DNA of 63,896 bases, the filler included, from Salisapilia sapeloensis CBS 127946 (lineage: Eukaryota > Protista > Oomycota), in NCBI GenBank assembly GCA_023334545.1. It is 10 parts of 10 records of this genome, joined end to end, with 100 filler letters (N's around TTAATTAATTAA, not from the genome) between each part and the next. Parts side by side here need not be neighbours in the genome. Positions count along the whole stretch, not along the records: positions 13,506 to 33,284 come from JAADVB010000307.1; positions 33,385 to 50,526 come from JAADVB010000345.1; 8 more parts are not named here. One strand, written 5' to 3'. This document shows, piece after piece, positions 22,266 through 34,358 of the stretch. The notes beneath the pieces were generated by a model. It saw only the letters and a program-made list of their open reading frames with translations, was not told where the DNA came from and searched no databases. How positions within the stretch are numbered: the first letter of the stretch is position 1; each line of letters begins with the position of its first letter. Position numbers and translations under genes: made by a program.

Positions 22266-23894
22266 TTAGTTCTTGCACGGAATCGTCTTGGCGCTCTTGA
22301 GAAGCTTGTCCATGCTCTCGAGACCTTCCAACACGGCCATCTGCGCCTCCCGCCACGTGTCCGTCAATAGACCCATGTTGGTCGCGTTACTGTTGTTTGG
22401 AGCAGGGTACGGCCAACTCGTCTCGGGGTTGAGCGTCCACCAGAAGCCACCAGCGATCGGGTACTTTCCATCCGGCTGTCGCGTACCGATGTTGGCCATG
22501 GACTTGATCACGTCACCGACGATGCGAGATGATGTCTTCATCGAGGTCTTGTCATACTTGCCCATGAGCCCACCAAAGCTCGACAAGACCACGGCTGCTT
22601 CGTTCTCTAACGCCGGTCCGAACGAGTAGTTCATGTTCGCATTCACGTTCGACAGAAGCGTCTTGTCGTCCGATTCGATCACGTCGTCGAGCATATTTCC
22701 CTTCGTCTTGCCTCCATCGAAAAAGTAGAGTTTCGGGAGGTAGCTAGATGTGTAGAACTTTGGCGAGAATACGACCTTGTTCTCTTTTTTCAATTTCAAC
22801 GGATACTTTTTCAAATTCGATAGATCCGAGCCAGGGAGGAACTTGCTCTTGATCGATCGATCGTCCGAGTACGTATCTTTATGACTCGGACCTTCGACAC
22901 CTTGGACGAATGCTAGCCAGTTGGAGCACTCGCCCATCAAATGGTCACCGAGTTTCTTCGCAGCGACACGCCAATCGGTTTCCGTGTCGTCACCCCACGT
23001 CGCTTGACCACTCAATCCGTCCTTGAGGTCCAGACCGATGATGTTATAGTGCTTGCTATCGCACAATTCTTCCGCCAGGTTTGAAATAGCTTTTTTAATG
23101 TCATCCAGACGGATGGAACTGCCGTACCAGAGACCACTATCATCCGGGCTCACTGCCGATAGCACGTGGAAGTCCAAGACGACGCCAATATTGGCCTCAC
23201 CGAGGCCTTGGACTAGCAAGGAAAGGAACGATAAGTAGCGCGTAGCTGCCGATAGCGCTCGATTCGAGTTGGAGTTGATGAGACTTAAGTCGATCTTGGT
23301 GTTCCGTGCGACAGCGTCAATGGACAGTGGAATACGGACGGCATTGAACTTATTTCGCTTGAGGAACTGCGTGACGCGGTACAGCGTCGAGCCATCACGC
23401 GTATTGTCCCACAAGCCTTTCACGACACCCTTCTTGTCCTCCATCCCGAGCCAATTGACGCCCTTGATATCGATCTGGACGTTCGAACCGTCCGAGAACT
23501 CGGCCAGAATGCGTCCATCTTTGCTCACATAGTTCGGTTGCTCGCACTCTCGGTCTTCATATATCTCTGGGTTCGTGACTTCAATGTCCTTGTCGTCGTC
23601 GCCGATCGGGCGGCCGTCATCGATGGCTGTGCCATCACCGAATCTCGATGCGAGGATGTCATTATTCTCCAGTCGCTTCTTCACGTTCGCGTGGAGATCG
23701 ATGCCATAGTACGTCAGTCCGACGATCGACCCTACGAAGATTATCAACAGGGCGAGAGCGCCAGGCCACGTCGCTCGACGACCGCGGTACCGATTCTTTT
23801 TGCCTGCGAATGTCGTATCGACATCGGCGGTGGCGATAATACGCTCAACTTCCGAGTTTCTCGCACCTGAGGTGGAGGGTCTTCCGGAGCTCAT
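22266..23894 (-). CDS. Type II membrane-anchored GH5-fold protein, probably catalytically inactive
   Basis: N-terminal TM ALALLIIFVGSIVGLTYYGI. GH5 motifs IKGVNWLGME, FNAVRIPLS, LDFH and GGFWWTLNPE. The NEP motif reads DGL and the GEFGG motif reads SSFGG. Confidence 0.85.
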   Translation of the reverse strand: MSSGRPSTSGARNSEVERIIATADVDTTFAGKKNRYRGRRATWPGALALLIIFVGSIVGLTYYGIDLHANVKKRLENNDILASRFGDGTAIDDGRPIGDDDKDIEVTNPEIYEDRECEQPNYVSKDGRILAEFSDGSNVQIDIKGVNWLGMEDKKGVVKGLWDNTRDGSTLYRVTQFLKRNKFNAVRIPLSIDAVARNTKIDLSLINSNSNRALSAATRYLSFLSLLVQGLGEANIGVVLDFHVLSAVSPDDSGLWYGSSIRLDDIKKAISNLAEELCDSKHYNIIGLDLKDGLSGQATWGDDTETDWRVAAKKLGDHLMGECSNWLAFVQGVEGPSHKDTYSDDRSIKSKFLPGSDLSNLKKYPLKLKKENKVVFSPKFYTSSYLPKLYFFDGGKTKGNMLDDVIESDDKTLLSNVNANMNYSFGPALENEAAVVLSSFGGLMGKYDKTSMKTSSRIVGDVIKSMANIGTRQPDGKYPIAGGFWWTLNPETSWPYPAPNNSNATNMGLLTDTWREAQMAVLEGLESMDKLLKSAKTIPCKN

Positions 23895-24154
23895 TTTCGT
23901 CTAGAAGATGAATGAGCAGGCACGTACGGAACAAGGAACGAGGTAGGAGACGCCGACTCTGACTATTGAGCGCCTTGAAACGCTTTTCAATGACTATTTC
24001 GGAAGAGAGACTGTTCTGGACATTAATGTATATACGTTATATGCATCCTGTCCGTTTTCATCTGAAAACACACAAAATCCATCACCACCAAGTATACTCA
24101 CATGCAAATGGCATCCCATCAGGCTCTCTCTACGACCGACGGAGTCAAGGAGAA

Positions 24155-24773
24155 ATGGATGAAATTAGAGATTTCGTATGTAGCTTCTGGAGATGATATG
24201 CTGGTACATTTTTTCTTCATTCAGCTTATTGTGGAAGAAAATTGATATGACGTTTGGCTCTAGTACGGGCGATCTGACATGACGTCTCCTTGGAAGCTCT
24301 TTCTCTTCGGGAACGGATCACCGACGCATCACTTGGGGTTGCTGACTGGATCTCCGACAGAAGTAGATGTCATCGGACTAGAAGCGATTGGAGAAGCACT
24401 AGACAATGCCGAGTCGGAGTATCTATCTCAAATCCAGCCTCCGCGATCTCGTCGACAAGTCTTTCTACGCAACGCTCAAGGCCATCGACTTGGATACGCT
24501 GCCTCCTGGCTATTTGATGAAGACGTCGGACAAGTCTTCCAGAACCAAAAGGCCCCAATCGGTCGCAACATCCTGGAAAACAAGACCGAGCTGTTTCGTG
24601 ACATGAAGCAAGTCTTTTGCGGTCGGAATGCTCAATTGGAAGCTGCATTCGGGTACCAAGGTGATCTATGGGGACGATGCTATCTGTTCTGGAGAGGTGG
24701 TCGACCCGTCACGTTCATCTACGAAGTCTTTTCACCTGAACTGGAGAAGTACATGGGTCCAGTGCTGCAATAG
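24155..24773 (+). CDS. Chorismate pyruvate-lyase, Ycf21/cyanobacterial UbiC-like; intron 24176-24263 (upstream in-frame ATG at 24041 possible)
   Basis: MDEIRDF|YGRSDMTSPWKLFLFGNGSPTHHLGLLTGSPTEVDVI...RRQVFLR...RLGYAASW...WGRCYLFWRGGRPVTFIYEVFSPELEKYMG aligns by eye along its length with recalled cyanobacterial/plastid Ycf21 proteins. Confidence 0.85.
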
Positions 24774-24851
24774 GTAGGTCATAGCAAGTAAGAAAGCATT
24801 TGTGCATCAAGCTGTCGTTTTATTCTCTTCGTACGATCTGGCAATGTCCAC

Positions 24852-25314
24852 TTATGGAGATGCACGCCACCTGCCTTTCAAATACCGACGAGTAAGCGTC
24901 TTACGACCTCCACGGGTCAATCGGCGACGACGGAAGCCGTGCTTGCGCTTACGACGGAGCACACTCGGCTGGAATGTTCGCTTAATCGCGAGCATTGGCG
25001 CTAATTACATTCCATTAGCATTCTATCTCGCAATCCATTTTATTATAAAGCATACCGTTGGTCTCAAACGGCGTGTCAAACAAGTCGAACGTGTTGTGGA
25101 AGGCTGGAAGCTCTTGCAAATGCTGCTGCGTCACTTCCGTGATAAACGATGGCGGGACAATCGGTTCGATGACAGCGGATTGTGGCGTCTGGAAAGCGTG
25201 TACTGCATTCTGGATGTTCATCTGAGACGTACCAGTCACAGAGGCTCCTACATGACTAGAAAAAGCGCGCTGGGCCGCCACAGCGGTGCGCAATCGAGTA
25301 ACTGACCGGAGCAT
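24852..25314 (-). CDS. MRPL34: Mitochondrial ribosomal protein bL34m; intron 25001-25055; last exon absent from the ORF track
   Basis: Presequence [20 protein letters not shown]. Exon 2 reads [44 protein letters not shown], the bL34 signature. Confidence 0.92.
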
Positions 25315-25438
25315 TCTGCCAAATGCCTTAATCGGTCCAAAGTTTGTGTGGATCGTGTCGGTTTTTGAAATATCTTGGATAAAGTATTCATCCACTCAAG
25401 TACGATTGCAGAATTCAAATCGTATAGCGGTGCCCGAG

Positions 25439-26679
25439 ATGTCCTTCCGCTCGCTCGTTCGGCGTTATAGTAGCTCTACAAAACTCTCGCGTCTGCGTCA
25501 GCAATTGAGAGATGGACCAGGATTAGAGCAGTTCATAAACCAGTCGACAGAAGCTGCCAAGGAGGATACAATCCAAAGTCTAGTGCACCAGCTCCAAGCA
25601 CATGTCCGTTGATTATCCGCTTCAGACATTCTCGTGTCTGAATATACTCATGCTTTACATTGATATAGGAGCGAAGCATTCCAGTGGATCAACTTGTGGA
25701 TACGTTTGGAAGGCAGCATACGTATCTACGCATCTCACTTACAGAACGATGCAACCTCCGTTGCCAATACTGCATGCCAGCAGACGGAGTACCATTGCAA
25801 CCACAAGACAATTTGCTCAGCACGCCCGAGATACTACATCTAGCTCGCCTCTTTGCTTCATGTGGCATCACCAAGATCCGATTGACTGGTGGGGAACCAC
25901 TTTTGCGACGTGACTTGGTCGATCTCATCTTCCAGCTCAAGCAAATCCCAGGAATAGAATCGATAGGAATCACAACGAATGCTATCACGCTGCCTCGACA
26001 ATTAGATAAGCTAGAGCAGGCAGGAGTAGATCGATTAAACATTTCCTTAGATACGTTAGATGACGCGACGTTCACTCGAATTACGCGTCGAAAGGGCCTG
26101 TCTCGAGTCCTCGACTCGATCCATGCAGTATCTAAACGTCCGAATCTACATGCCAAAGTGAACTGTGTCGTGATGCGAGGCGTGAACGACCATGAGCTAG
26201 TAGACTTTGTCCATTTAACACAAGACCTGAACGTGGACGTGCGTTTCATCGAGTGGATGCCGTTCGACCAGAACGCGTGGGAAGACACGAGGTTCATAGC
26301 GTACTCGGACATGCTCGCTACAATCCAGTCGCACTATCCAAACATTACCAAGGTCGATGATGATGACCATGCAACCGCCAAGAGCTACAAAGTAGACGAC
26401 TTTACAGGTCAATTCGGATTCATTTCGTCCATGAGCAAGCACTTTTGCGGCGGTTGCAATCGTCTTCGACTCACAGCGGATGGAAACTTGAAAGTATGTT
26501 TGTTCGGGCATAACGAAGTGAGTCTACGCGATGCCATTCGACATGACATGTCGGATGCAGACGTCTTGACTCTAGTGGACGCAGCCGTGAAGCGTAAGAA
26601 GTTTGCGCTGGGGGGTCATGGCGACATGTATGGGCTTCAGAAAGCACCGAACCGACCGATGGTCTTGATCGGTGGGTAA
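25439..26679 (+). CDS. MOCS1: GTP 3',8-cyclase MoaA/MOCS1A (radical SAM), one intron ~25604-25668
   Basis: YLRISLTERCNLRCQYCMP, IRLTGGEPLLR, HFCGGCNRLRLTADGNLKVCLF and the C-terminal MVLIGG*. Confidence 0.95.
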
Positions 26680-26786
26680 GTAGCTAGTGTATCGCTCGAT
26701 TGAGTGGACTCGTATAGTTTTTGAAAGCGATCTTCATGCATTATCATTCTCGTCGTCTACTCCTCTGTCTTTCTACTCGACGAAGT

Positions 26787-27435
26787 CTACGCATCCTCTT
26801 GGTTGCCGACTCGGTCGTCACGAGAGCGACGCGGTCGTGGAGAAGACGATCGAGATCGGGACCGACGTTGTCTATTACTTGTCGTCAGTCAAAAGGATCT
26901 CTTTTCATTAAGTTACAAGTAAATTACGGAGGGCTGCGCATCTCGCCAGGTGTCTTCCTGCGCTGCTTGGCGAACAGGACAGCAAGCTCTTGTCCGTGGA
27001 ATGTCGTTCGATCCATGGAGAACTTGGCATCTCTCGCCTCTCGACTGTCAAAGAACCTATCATGAAGCATACACGATTATCAGAACCAAATTGTAAAAGC
27101 TTCTCTAAGTACACGTACTCGACAAAGGCAAAGCCACGCGGTTCGTTCGAGTGATAGTCACGAGGAATGTACACGTCACGGATATCCCCTCCGCTACGTC
27201 CAAACGCTTCACGCAAGTCATCCACCGTCGTGTCCAGCGGGACGTTGCGAACTAACAAACTCTGTGATTGTGTCGTCGATCGGTTCTTCGATCGAGAACG
27301 CGAGCGACGGCGAGCACGACCGCGATGATTGTCACGCGAGCGTGAACGAGAGCGCGAACGCTCTTCCTTGTGACGACGGCGGTGAGCTCGCGGTGGAGAG
27401 TGACTTCGGCGTGGCGATGTAGGTCCGCGTCCCAT
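26787..27435 (-). CDS. SR splicing factor (SRSF10/SCL-like RRM), 3 exons
   Basis: RS-rich N-terminus, RRM SLLVRNVP...DVYIPRDYHSNEPRGFAFVE|FFDSREARDAK...FAKQRRKTPGEMR, and an RS-rich last exon. Confidence 0.85.
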
Positions 27436-27739
27436 GACTCTAAGCTGCTTGTCGTGGAGGTGGTGTCTGGCGTTATGCGTGGCTCGCCACCCAAAACTTT
27501 CGAAACGTCACTGCGCCCGTTCATGGTGCATTCCATACCGCTCCCGACTGGTCAGACCAACTGCATGTGTATACAAATGCCAAGAGAAAAAGCATGGTCA
27601 ATCGGTGTCATTACTTTGTTGAAGTTATAATCAGCAACGGCAAGCTATCCGAGATCCCGACCTCGAATGTATCCCTCGGATTCGGTGCATTCGTGCTTCT
27701 CTGTCGCTTTTTTACTTCCAAATTTACGGATTGAATAGT

Positions 27740-29079
27740 CTACGAACGCGGACGCTTTCGTGGAACTGGCTCGTCAGCTCCGAGCTCCGTACAACGCTCG
27801 TAGGCAGCCCAGATCGAGTCGGCAATCACAGCTCGGAAGCCATTCTTCTCCGCTCGGTATAAGGCTGCAGCTGTCGTACCGCCAGGGCTCGTAATGTTGT
27901 TCCTCAGGATCACTGGATGCGCATCAGATGCCTGCATATACAATGCCGACCCGAGCATCGTCTGCTGCACTAGTTTCTACATTCTCTCGACTTAGTCTAA
28001 TGCGTTTGATGTCAATATAAAAGCTACTGACCGTTGCAACTGCACGTGGGAAGCCCATATGGACACCAGCATCAACCATGGCTTCAGCCACCAGGAGAAA
28101 GTAGGCTTTACATATCTCAATTAGAGATAAGAGAGGACAGCACAATGGTAAAATAGCATACCTGGTCCGGATCCAGAGAGAGCAGTAGCCATGTCGAGTG
28201 AGTTCTCGTCATCGACAAAGACTTCAATACCAAAGCCACCCAGGATGGTCTTGGTGACACTGTGCTGGATATCGGAAACTCCTTCCGACTTGGACCAAAC
28301 CGTCGTGCCTTCCCCGATCATCGCAGGTGTATTCGGCATCGATCGAACGACTCGAACATCATCACCAAGCATATCTTGGATAGCTATAAACGCATGAGAA
28401 GTATGTTTTGATAAACATAAGTGGTAAAAGGTACATGAAATGCTAGCGCCGGCGACGACAGAAATGACGAGTGCATCCGATTTCAACTTCCCTCGGATCG
28501 TCTTGACCGCCTAGCATAATATCATAACATTACGAGATGAAGGGAAGAGAGAAAGTGGGTGCATACCTCCTCTAGAACTTGTGGTTTAACACAAATCAAG
28601 ACGACGTCGGCATTCTCCACAGCTTCCGTATTGCGACTTGTAGCAGGGATATTCTTCTTCGAGTACTTCTCCCTCGTATCTATCATCATCTAGATGAGGG
28701 AATGCATAAACATGAAATGAAAAGAGTAGATACCAGGATTTGGATCCGCGACGATCAGTTGTTCGCTTTCCACCAACTTCCCAGCGACGAGTCCAGACAG
28801 CATGGCCTCGGCCATGTTTCCACCTCCAATGACAGCGATCTTCTTGATACTTTCCATATGGGCAGGTTTCTCATCACTAACCTTTTCCTCCGGCTTCATA
28901 CGCCTAGTGGACGAGTGTATCATACTCTTCTCCACAGCATGGAGGAGAGGAAAGCTAGGCAATGCTGTCGGTCGGATGAAGCTATCTCTCATAGCTGTAG
29001 CTGAAGCAAGAACATTTCGAGGATTATAGAGTCTCTTCCCGGCGATATTACGTGCACGTAGGACTCGTAGCGTGTTCAT
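27740..29079 (-). CDS. PYCR: Pyrroline-5-carboxylate reductase, multi-exon, with a mitochondrial-type N-terminal extension
   Basis: IAVIGGGNMAEAM, LVISVVAG, VRSMPNTPA, ATALSGSGP and ITSPGGTTAAAL. Confidence 0.92.
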
Positions 29080-29245
29080 GATGGATCGTTTGTCCGAATA
29101 GTCCGCCCGAGCTGGTCATCTCATCCGGTACACTCTCAACTTCAAGAATCGATCTGCCCAATCCCATGCGCGACCCTCGAGAGCTCAATTGGTACATATA
29201 CGGTACAAATGACAATATAATCGACAACGATACGCGAAAACGAAC

Positions 29246-30903
29246 ATGACACGGGTTAGATGTCGATTTCTAATTGTTTAAGCACGTTGTATGCATTTTT
29301 ACTTAATAAACTTACAGCTAGAGATTGCACCAACTTATACGTCTGAGTTACAAGGCCGAATTCTACCTAATGCAGTGGGAGCAGTGGATTTTGACGGCGA
29401 TGGGCAGCTGGAAGTGGTGCTAGGATCAAACGGTGGCGAGTTGGCTGTTTTAAAGGTATTTTCAATCATGCTGAGCGGTACAAAGGGCTGTATCTCACTA
29501 AGACTTAATCATCAACAAGATTGGTGCTGATGGACTGGCCAAGTGGGCTTCAACGCAGGTCGATGGATCTGTGACGGCGCTAGATACGTTTGCAGCATCC
29601 GAAGGCAACAAAGTACTGATGTTAATTGCCATGACGACATATAGATGCATTCATCATCGCAATAAAATGTTAGGCTCGTCTTTTCGTGGCTACTGCTGAA
29701 GGAAAAGGTTACATCTTCCTTCCTCCAGATGAAGCCGACCCAGAGTTCACAGCAAGCACTGAATTTGTACATTCCATACTTACACTCCTCAATTAGTACT
29801 CATTCCTATCTCATGCCTTTAACTTACAATGTAGCCATTACCACTGAACGTGTGTGATGTCAAGCTTCTGGACAATGACATCCTGATCGCGACAAAGGAT
29901 GGCATCCTAGCTCTTATACGATCCGATCCCTCCGTACATTTGTCTTCTTCTTCACTACACTTTCCCTATGTAATACATATCATAATAGGGTGGATCTTAT
30001 ACACTAGCAAAGAAGCATGATCTCGCGCAGGAGATTGAATCACTCGACAAAAATCCTTTTGTCGACAACACGCTCTTTGCACAATGCACTTCTGGTGATT
30101 TTTACTGCTTCCCAGCTTCCGATCCAACCAGCTGCAGCAAGTGGCAGAACCTGCGACTCGACTCACCAACACAAAAAGCTGCTCGAGTATGCTGTAGTCG
30201 GTATGGACAAGGCACTGAGATGGCGATTGCATCAGCCTCCGGTGAAGTCTCCCTTTTGTCTTCCGAGACGAACAAGCAATGGAGCGTGCGTATCCCCGAG
30301 GCCATCGTCGGTCTAGCACCGTTCAATCTATCGTCGGATGACACTACGGATGATGCGGTAGGATGGGTGCTCTCTTTGACACAGCGAACGTACTTCGAAC
30401 CAACGCATCAATAGGTCGTGGCGTTGACTTGGACAGGTCAGATCTTTTTCATCATGGACGACAAGCACGTGATCAACTTCCCAACCATGTACCCTGGCAG
30501 CTCCATCTTCTATGGTATCTTCTCTACCTACACTGACAGATTCCGATCATCTCATGCCTGCACTAGCTGACCTAGGTGGAGAGAAGAAAGATCGGACACT
30601 GATTGCCATCAGTACGATCGGAAGCGTCTTTGTCTATCGCGACCTCTGGTCTACCTTTACGCATACCTTAAAGCAACCTTCGATCGTAAAATCGTTCTTC
30701 TACTTCCATAGCTATGCGCATCTAAACTGTAGCAATAGACAAAGGCACTACAGCAGCATCGAATGTACAATCAAATCGACACGGATGAAAAGCGAAAACA
30801 AGTTCTCGATGCAGCTCGTGAACATTTTGTATTGCCGACCACGTCTTCCAACTCTCTTGTCGATTTCCTTCAAGCCATTCAACAAGTCGAATTGTCCAGT
30901 TAA
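29246..30903 (+). CDS. ITFG2: ITFG2-like FG-GAP beta-propeller protein (KICSTOR subunit), many introns, boundaries approximate
   Basis: LQGRILPNAVGAVDFDGDGQLEVVLGSNGGELAVLK matches the recalled ITFG2 N-terminus (SLFPHAICLGDVDND..ELVVGDTSGKVSVYK). Later exons include VVALTWTGQIFFI. Confidence 0.7.
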
Positions 30904-30920
30904 TCCAAATGACATTTGCA

Positions 30921-32292
30921 CTACTTTTTCCTTGATTGGAACTTTGTCATTGCGTCCATGCATTCCGCTGACAACCATAGTTTCTCCAGTTTTTCCGCTT
31001 CTTTCTTACCTGTAGCTTTTAGCTCTTCCACCAAGGCAGGAGGACGAATCAATGCCTTGGATTCCTTCATCGCGTTCGGATACCTCGATAGCAGCAAGCT
31101 AGAATAGCTTTAGTTCATCATATCATCAAACAGACATCAAAATACGTACTCTAGCTTCTCATCCACACTCTTGTCAAAGTTTGCTTGTGGGAACATGTCC
31201 GTCGCAAGACCAACATCCTTTGCTTCTTGCCCAGAGATCTTCTCTCCAAGCAACAGCATCGCATTCGCTCTCGCCGTGCCCATGATCTGCGGGAACAAGA
31301 CGGACGAACAGGCTTCCGGACACTGTCCGAGCGACGTGAACGGCGTGTGCAACGTCACTTTATCGGAGACATACACAAGATCGCACAGAGCTAGCATCGT
31401 GACACCGATGCCGATGGATGGACCTTGGACACATGCCACAATCGGCTTCGGGTAGTCGAGAAAAGAGTTAATGAAGCGCTGCAAGAGAAGAGATCCGTTC
31501 TTCGCTGTCTGTTCAAACGACTCTCCTTCGATCGGTGTGAACATGGACAAGTCGTTACCACTCGTAAACATAGCTCCAGACGCTCGAATGGCAACTGCCT
31601 TGACGCTATTGTCATCTTTCGAAGTGTTGAGTGCATCTAGAATAGACGCGTACATTTCACGATTCAAGGCATTGTATCGCTTTGGACGATTAAGTTTTAA
31701 AGTAAGCAATCCCTCCTTTCTACAACAGGTATAGATATCAGCAGAGAGCGTATTGGAGATGGCGATGTCAAAACCTACGATTGCTCGATGATAATATCTT
31801 CGCTGGTAGAAGCAGAGTAGTCTTGCTGACCACTTTTATCCTCCGATTGACCAGCTTTCTCAACTAAATCATCGATAATAGCAATGTACCTAATGACGAT
31901 GATAATAAGTCGTATTGCATGTACGATAAAGCTTAGAGTGACTACTTTTTCTTTGCCTCCTCTTGAGACATATCTCCAAGTCGTGACCATGCTTCCCATT
32001 TCGCTTTTCCCTAATCAATACACGAAAATACAATTCATGGAATATACTCACATAGACAGCTCTATGAACATACCACAAAGTCAAGCATGCCAGGCTTTGT
32101 CGTCGTGTTCTCCCCAACAGTAGCCTGCTTGTACAGAGCATACATCTCGAGTTTCGACGAATTGTCCTCCAATGGAGGCAATGACTTGCCTTGAGCTATC
32201 TTCTGCTGGAACAGTTCATCCATATTGGAAGTGCTGAATGCGACAATGCGTTGCTTTGGATGGAGGAGCGTGCGTGAGATCCTCGCGAGCAT
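30921..32292 (-). CDS. ECI2: Enoyl-CoA delta isomerase 2 (ACBP plus crotonase domains), multi-exon
   Basis: ACBP motif KLEMYALYKQATVG. Crotonase motifs FTSGNDL, FLDYPKPIVACVQGPSIGIG and PFTSLGQCPEACSS. Last exon LEKLWLSAECMDAMTKFQSRKK* at 30921-31098. Confidence 0.9.
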
Positions 32293-33085
32293 CCTTATGA
32301 TCTACTCGGTGATCTTGTATTCGGACGACACGCTTCACTTGAAGTTTGTATGCCTCAACTTCAAATAGATTCCGACGTGATGTACTCGAACAAGTACGAG
32401 GAATAGGTAGATATCGGCACGGACCTGCCGGCAGGAGGATAAGTCTGCCGATCAGTTCTGAACAGTAATACGATAGTTGGTACATCGATGTATCTACCTT
32501 CTCATTATAAAGCAGCATTGGGTGAACGAGATGTAGAAGAGCGATCTGGAAGAGATATGGGTATCTAGACTTCAAGATCGCATGAGCTCCTAAAAGGGGT
32601 ACTAAAGGTGCCATAGCTTAGAAGGATATAGACTGCTGATACTTTAAAGTATGTCAACTCTACTCAAGGGCTTGTGCATCATACTCGTTAGCTCACTGTG
32701 TGCCTACAAGAAAAATTTTCTTGCGTTATCGACTCGACCTCATGTACACGAAAATATGGCTACTAGGATGTAGATGCATGACTAAAATTGGTATTGTGCC
32801 ATATAAATTTCCCAAAGTCATCAGTTTAACTATGTTATGTTGAAAGTAATAAAGCAACAAGCAATTTGTTCCCTACGCCAAGTTTCCACTATGGTGTCGA
32901 GTGTCGGTTATTACCATCTCGTGCTCCCAAATGATGTCTTATGAAATCCATATGGATCAAGAACAAAAGTCGAACTTGATATCGTTCTTGGCTAGTGCAT
33001 GAACATCTTCTGTGATGAGAAATACACTGTCTTGTCGACTGACAATGCAGGTTTCCATATGCAGTAAAAACTTGATAACGTGCCT

Positions 33086-33257
33086 TTACAGCACAACACA
33101 AGACTTGCAAGCGCTAATGGTGTTGATAAAGGGCTCTAGCTTAGCCAATTGTTCTTGGAGTGTCTCTGTGTCTAGCGTCTCCAGTTTGGCCTTCTTCTGC
33201 TGCTGGCGTTCATGCCGGTGCTTTTTCAGTTCCTGTTCGGTATCACCACGAGATCCA
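33086..33257 (-). CDS. Terminal exon of a truncated gene; coiled coil ending in the CaaX-like CVVL
   Basis: After a ...GCTAAAG acceptor: GSRGDTEQELKKHRHERQQQKKAKLETLDTETLQEQLAKLEPFINTISACKSCVVL*. Confidence 0.4.
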
Positions 33258-33384
33258 CTTTAGCAAAACTGCATAGAGCATCATNNNNNNNNNNNNNNNN
33301 NNNNNNNNNNNNNNNNNNNNNNNNNNNNTTAATTAATTAANNNNNNNNNNNNNNNNNNNNNNNNNNNNNNNNNNNNNNNNNNNN

Positions 33385-34169
33385 GAGTTGACGGCTGCTT
33401 GCATGGATGTAGAGACGTAAAACGCGTTAAATACTTCCACGGAGAAAACTGTCGTATTAATGATGTTTTTTGGCATTGAAATAAACAGATTTGCCATAAA
33501 GTTTTTCATGAGCACTTTGATAATAGGAAGCACGAGTACAAACACAGCTTGTTCCAAACCCTGCAGCCTGACGAAGACAGCGGAGAAGGCAGGATAAACG
33601 AAAATTAGCGCACCCTGTGCAAGCAACAGTTTTACGGCGACTCCTAGCGTTTGATAAACCGTAGAAGTCGACAAATTGCGTTGCTTAAAGATAATTAGCA
33701 GTGACACTGAAACACCAGAGACACCAACCATAGTTACCAATAGGAGACCAAATGGAACCGGAAACCTCCATCCGTAGCCACAAAATAAAATTGTACCTGT
33801 CTGTGTTGCTGTGACTAAAAAAGATGGTGCAATAAGAGCCTGTGTCGGTATTAAAGCTTCTGGCTGTGTGCGGATGAGCTGAATGCTACACGTTAGAGCA
33901 CACACAAACTGGAATATTGAGGCTCGAAGGAAGAACATGTAATTGCTGTCCCATCCAGCACTTGGCGATGCTAATGGAATGCATTCCATTACAATCGTGC
34001 AGACTATTGCTGGTACTGGAACCAGCAGAAGAAGTCCAATGCTTTTTATATGTGACTTTGTTGAGTACTCATGAAAGGCTCTCATTGCATCTACACAATA
34101 GACCCCTTTATGGGATACTTGAAAGCGCCTCCAAATGTTTTTTATCTTCCCCAGAAATGCGCATTTCAT
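33385..34169 (-). CDS. Oomycete-type multi-TM protein, 3'-truncated; paralog of 54003-55299
   Basis: Shares WRRFQVSHKGVY, ECIPLASP.AGW..NYMF, FPVPF, VYPAFSAVFVRL and TTVFSVE.FNAFYVS with the second copy. Confidence 0.8.
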
Positions 34170-34358
34170 GTTGACTAGGCAATGATTTGGAGTTCAATTG
34201 GAAGTCGAAGCAAATACGCTAGCTATATGTAGAACGAGATCTTCCATGAAAGATGTTTCAAGTTGAACGTGGTGCTATAAATACTTCTAGCTATTATTGG
34301 ACAAGAATAGTCATAATTGAATACTAATGAGCTCAACATTGGCGACTGCTATTCGAAT

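Noticed and set aside
26680-26790. Possible bicistronic MOCS1A/MOCS1B arrangement as in vertebrates
   Set aside because: No MoaC-like ORF follows the GG* stop; the convergent SR gene ends about 110 nt later.
26787-27435. RS domain placed N-terminal to the RRM
   Set aside because: Similar N-terminal extensions are known in SCL/SR45-type SR proteins, so this is not clearly novel.
32216-32614. 132-aa minus-strand ORF upstream of ECI2
   Set aside because: No motifs or convincing splice model; it overlaps the ECI2 start and is probably promoter or intergenic sequence.
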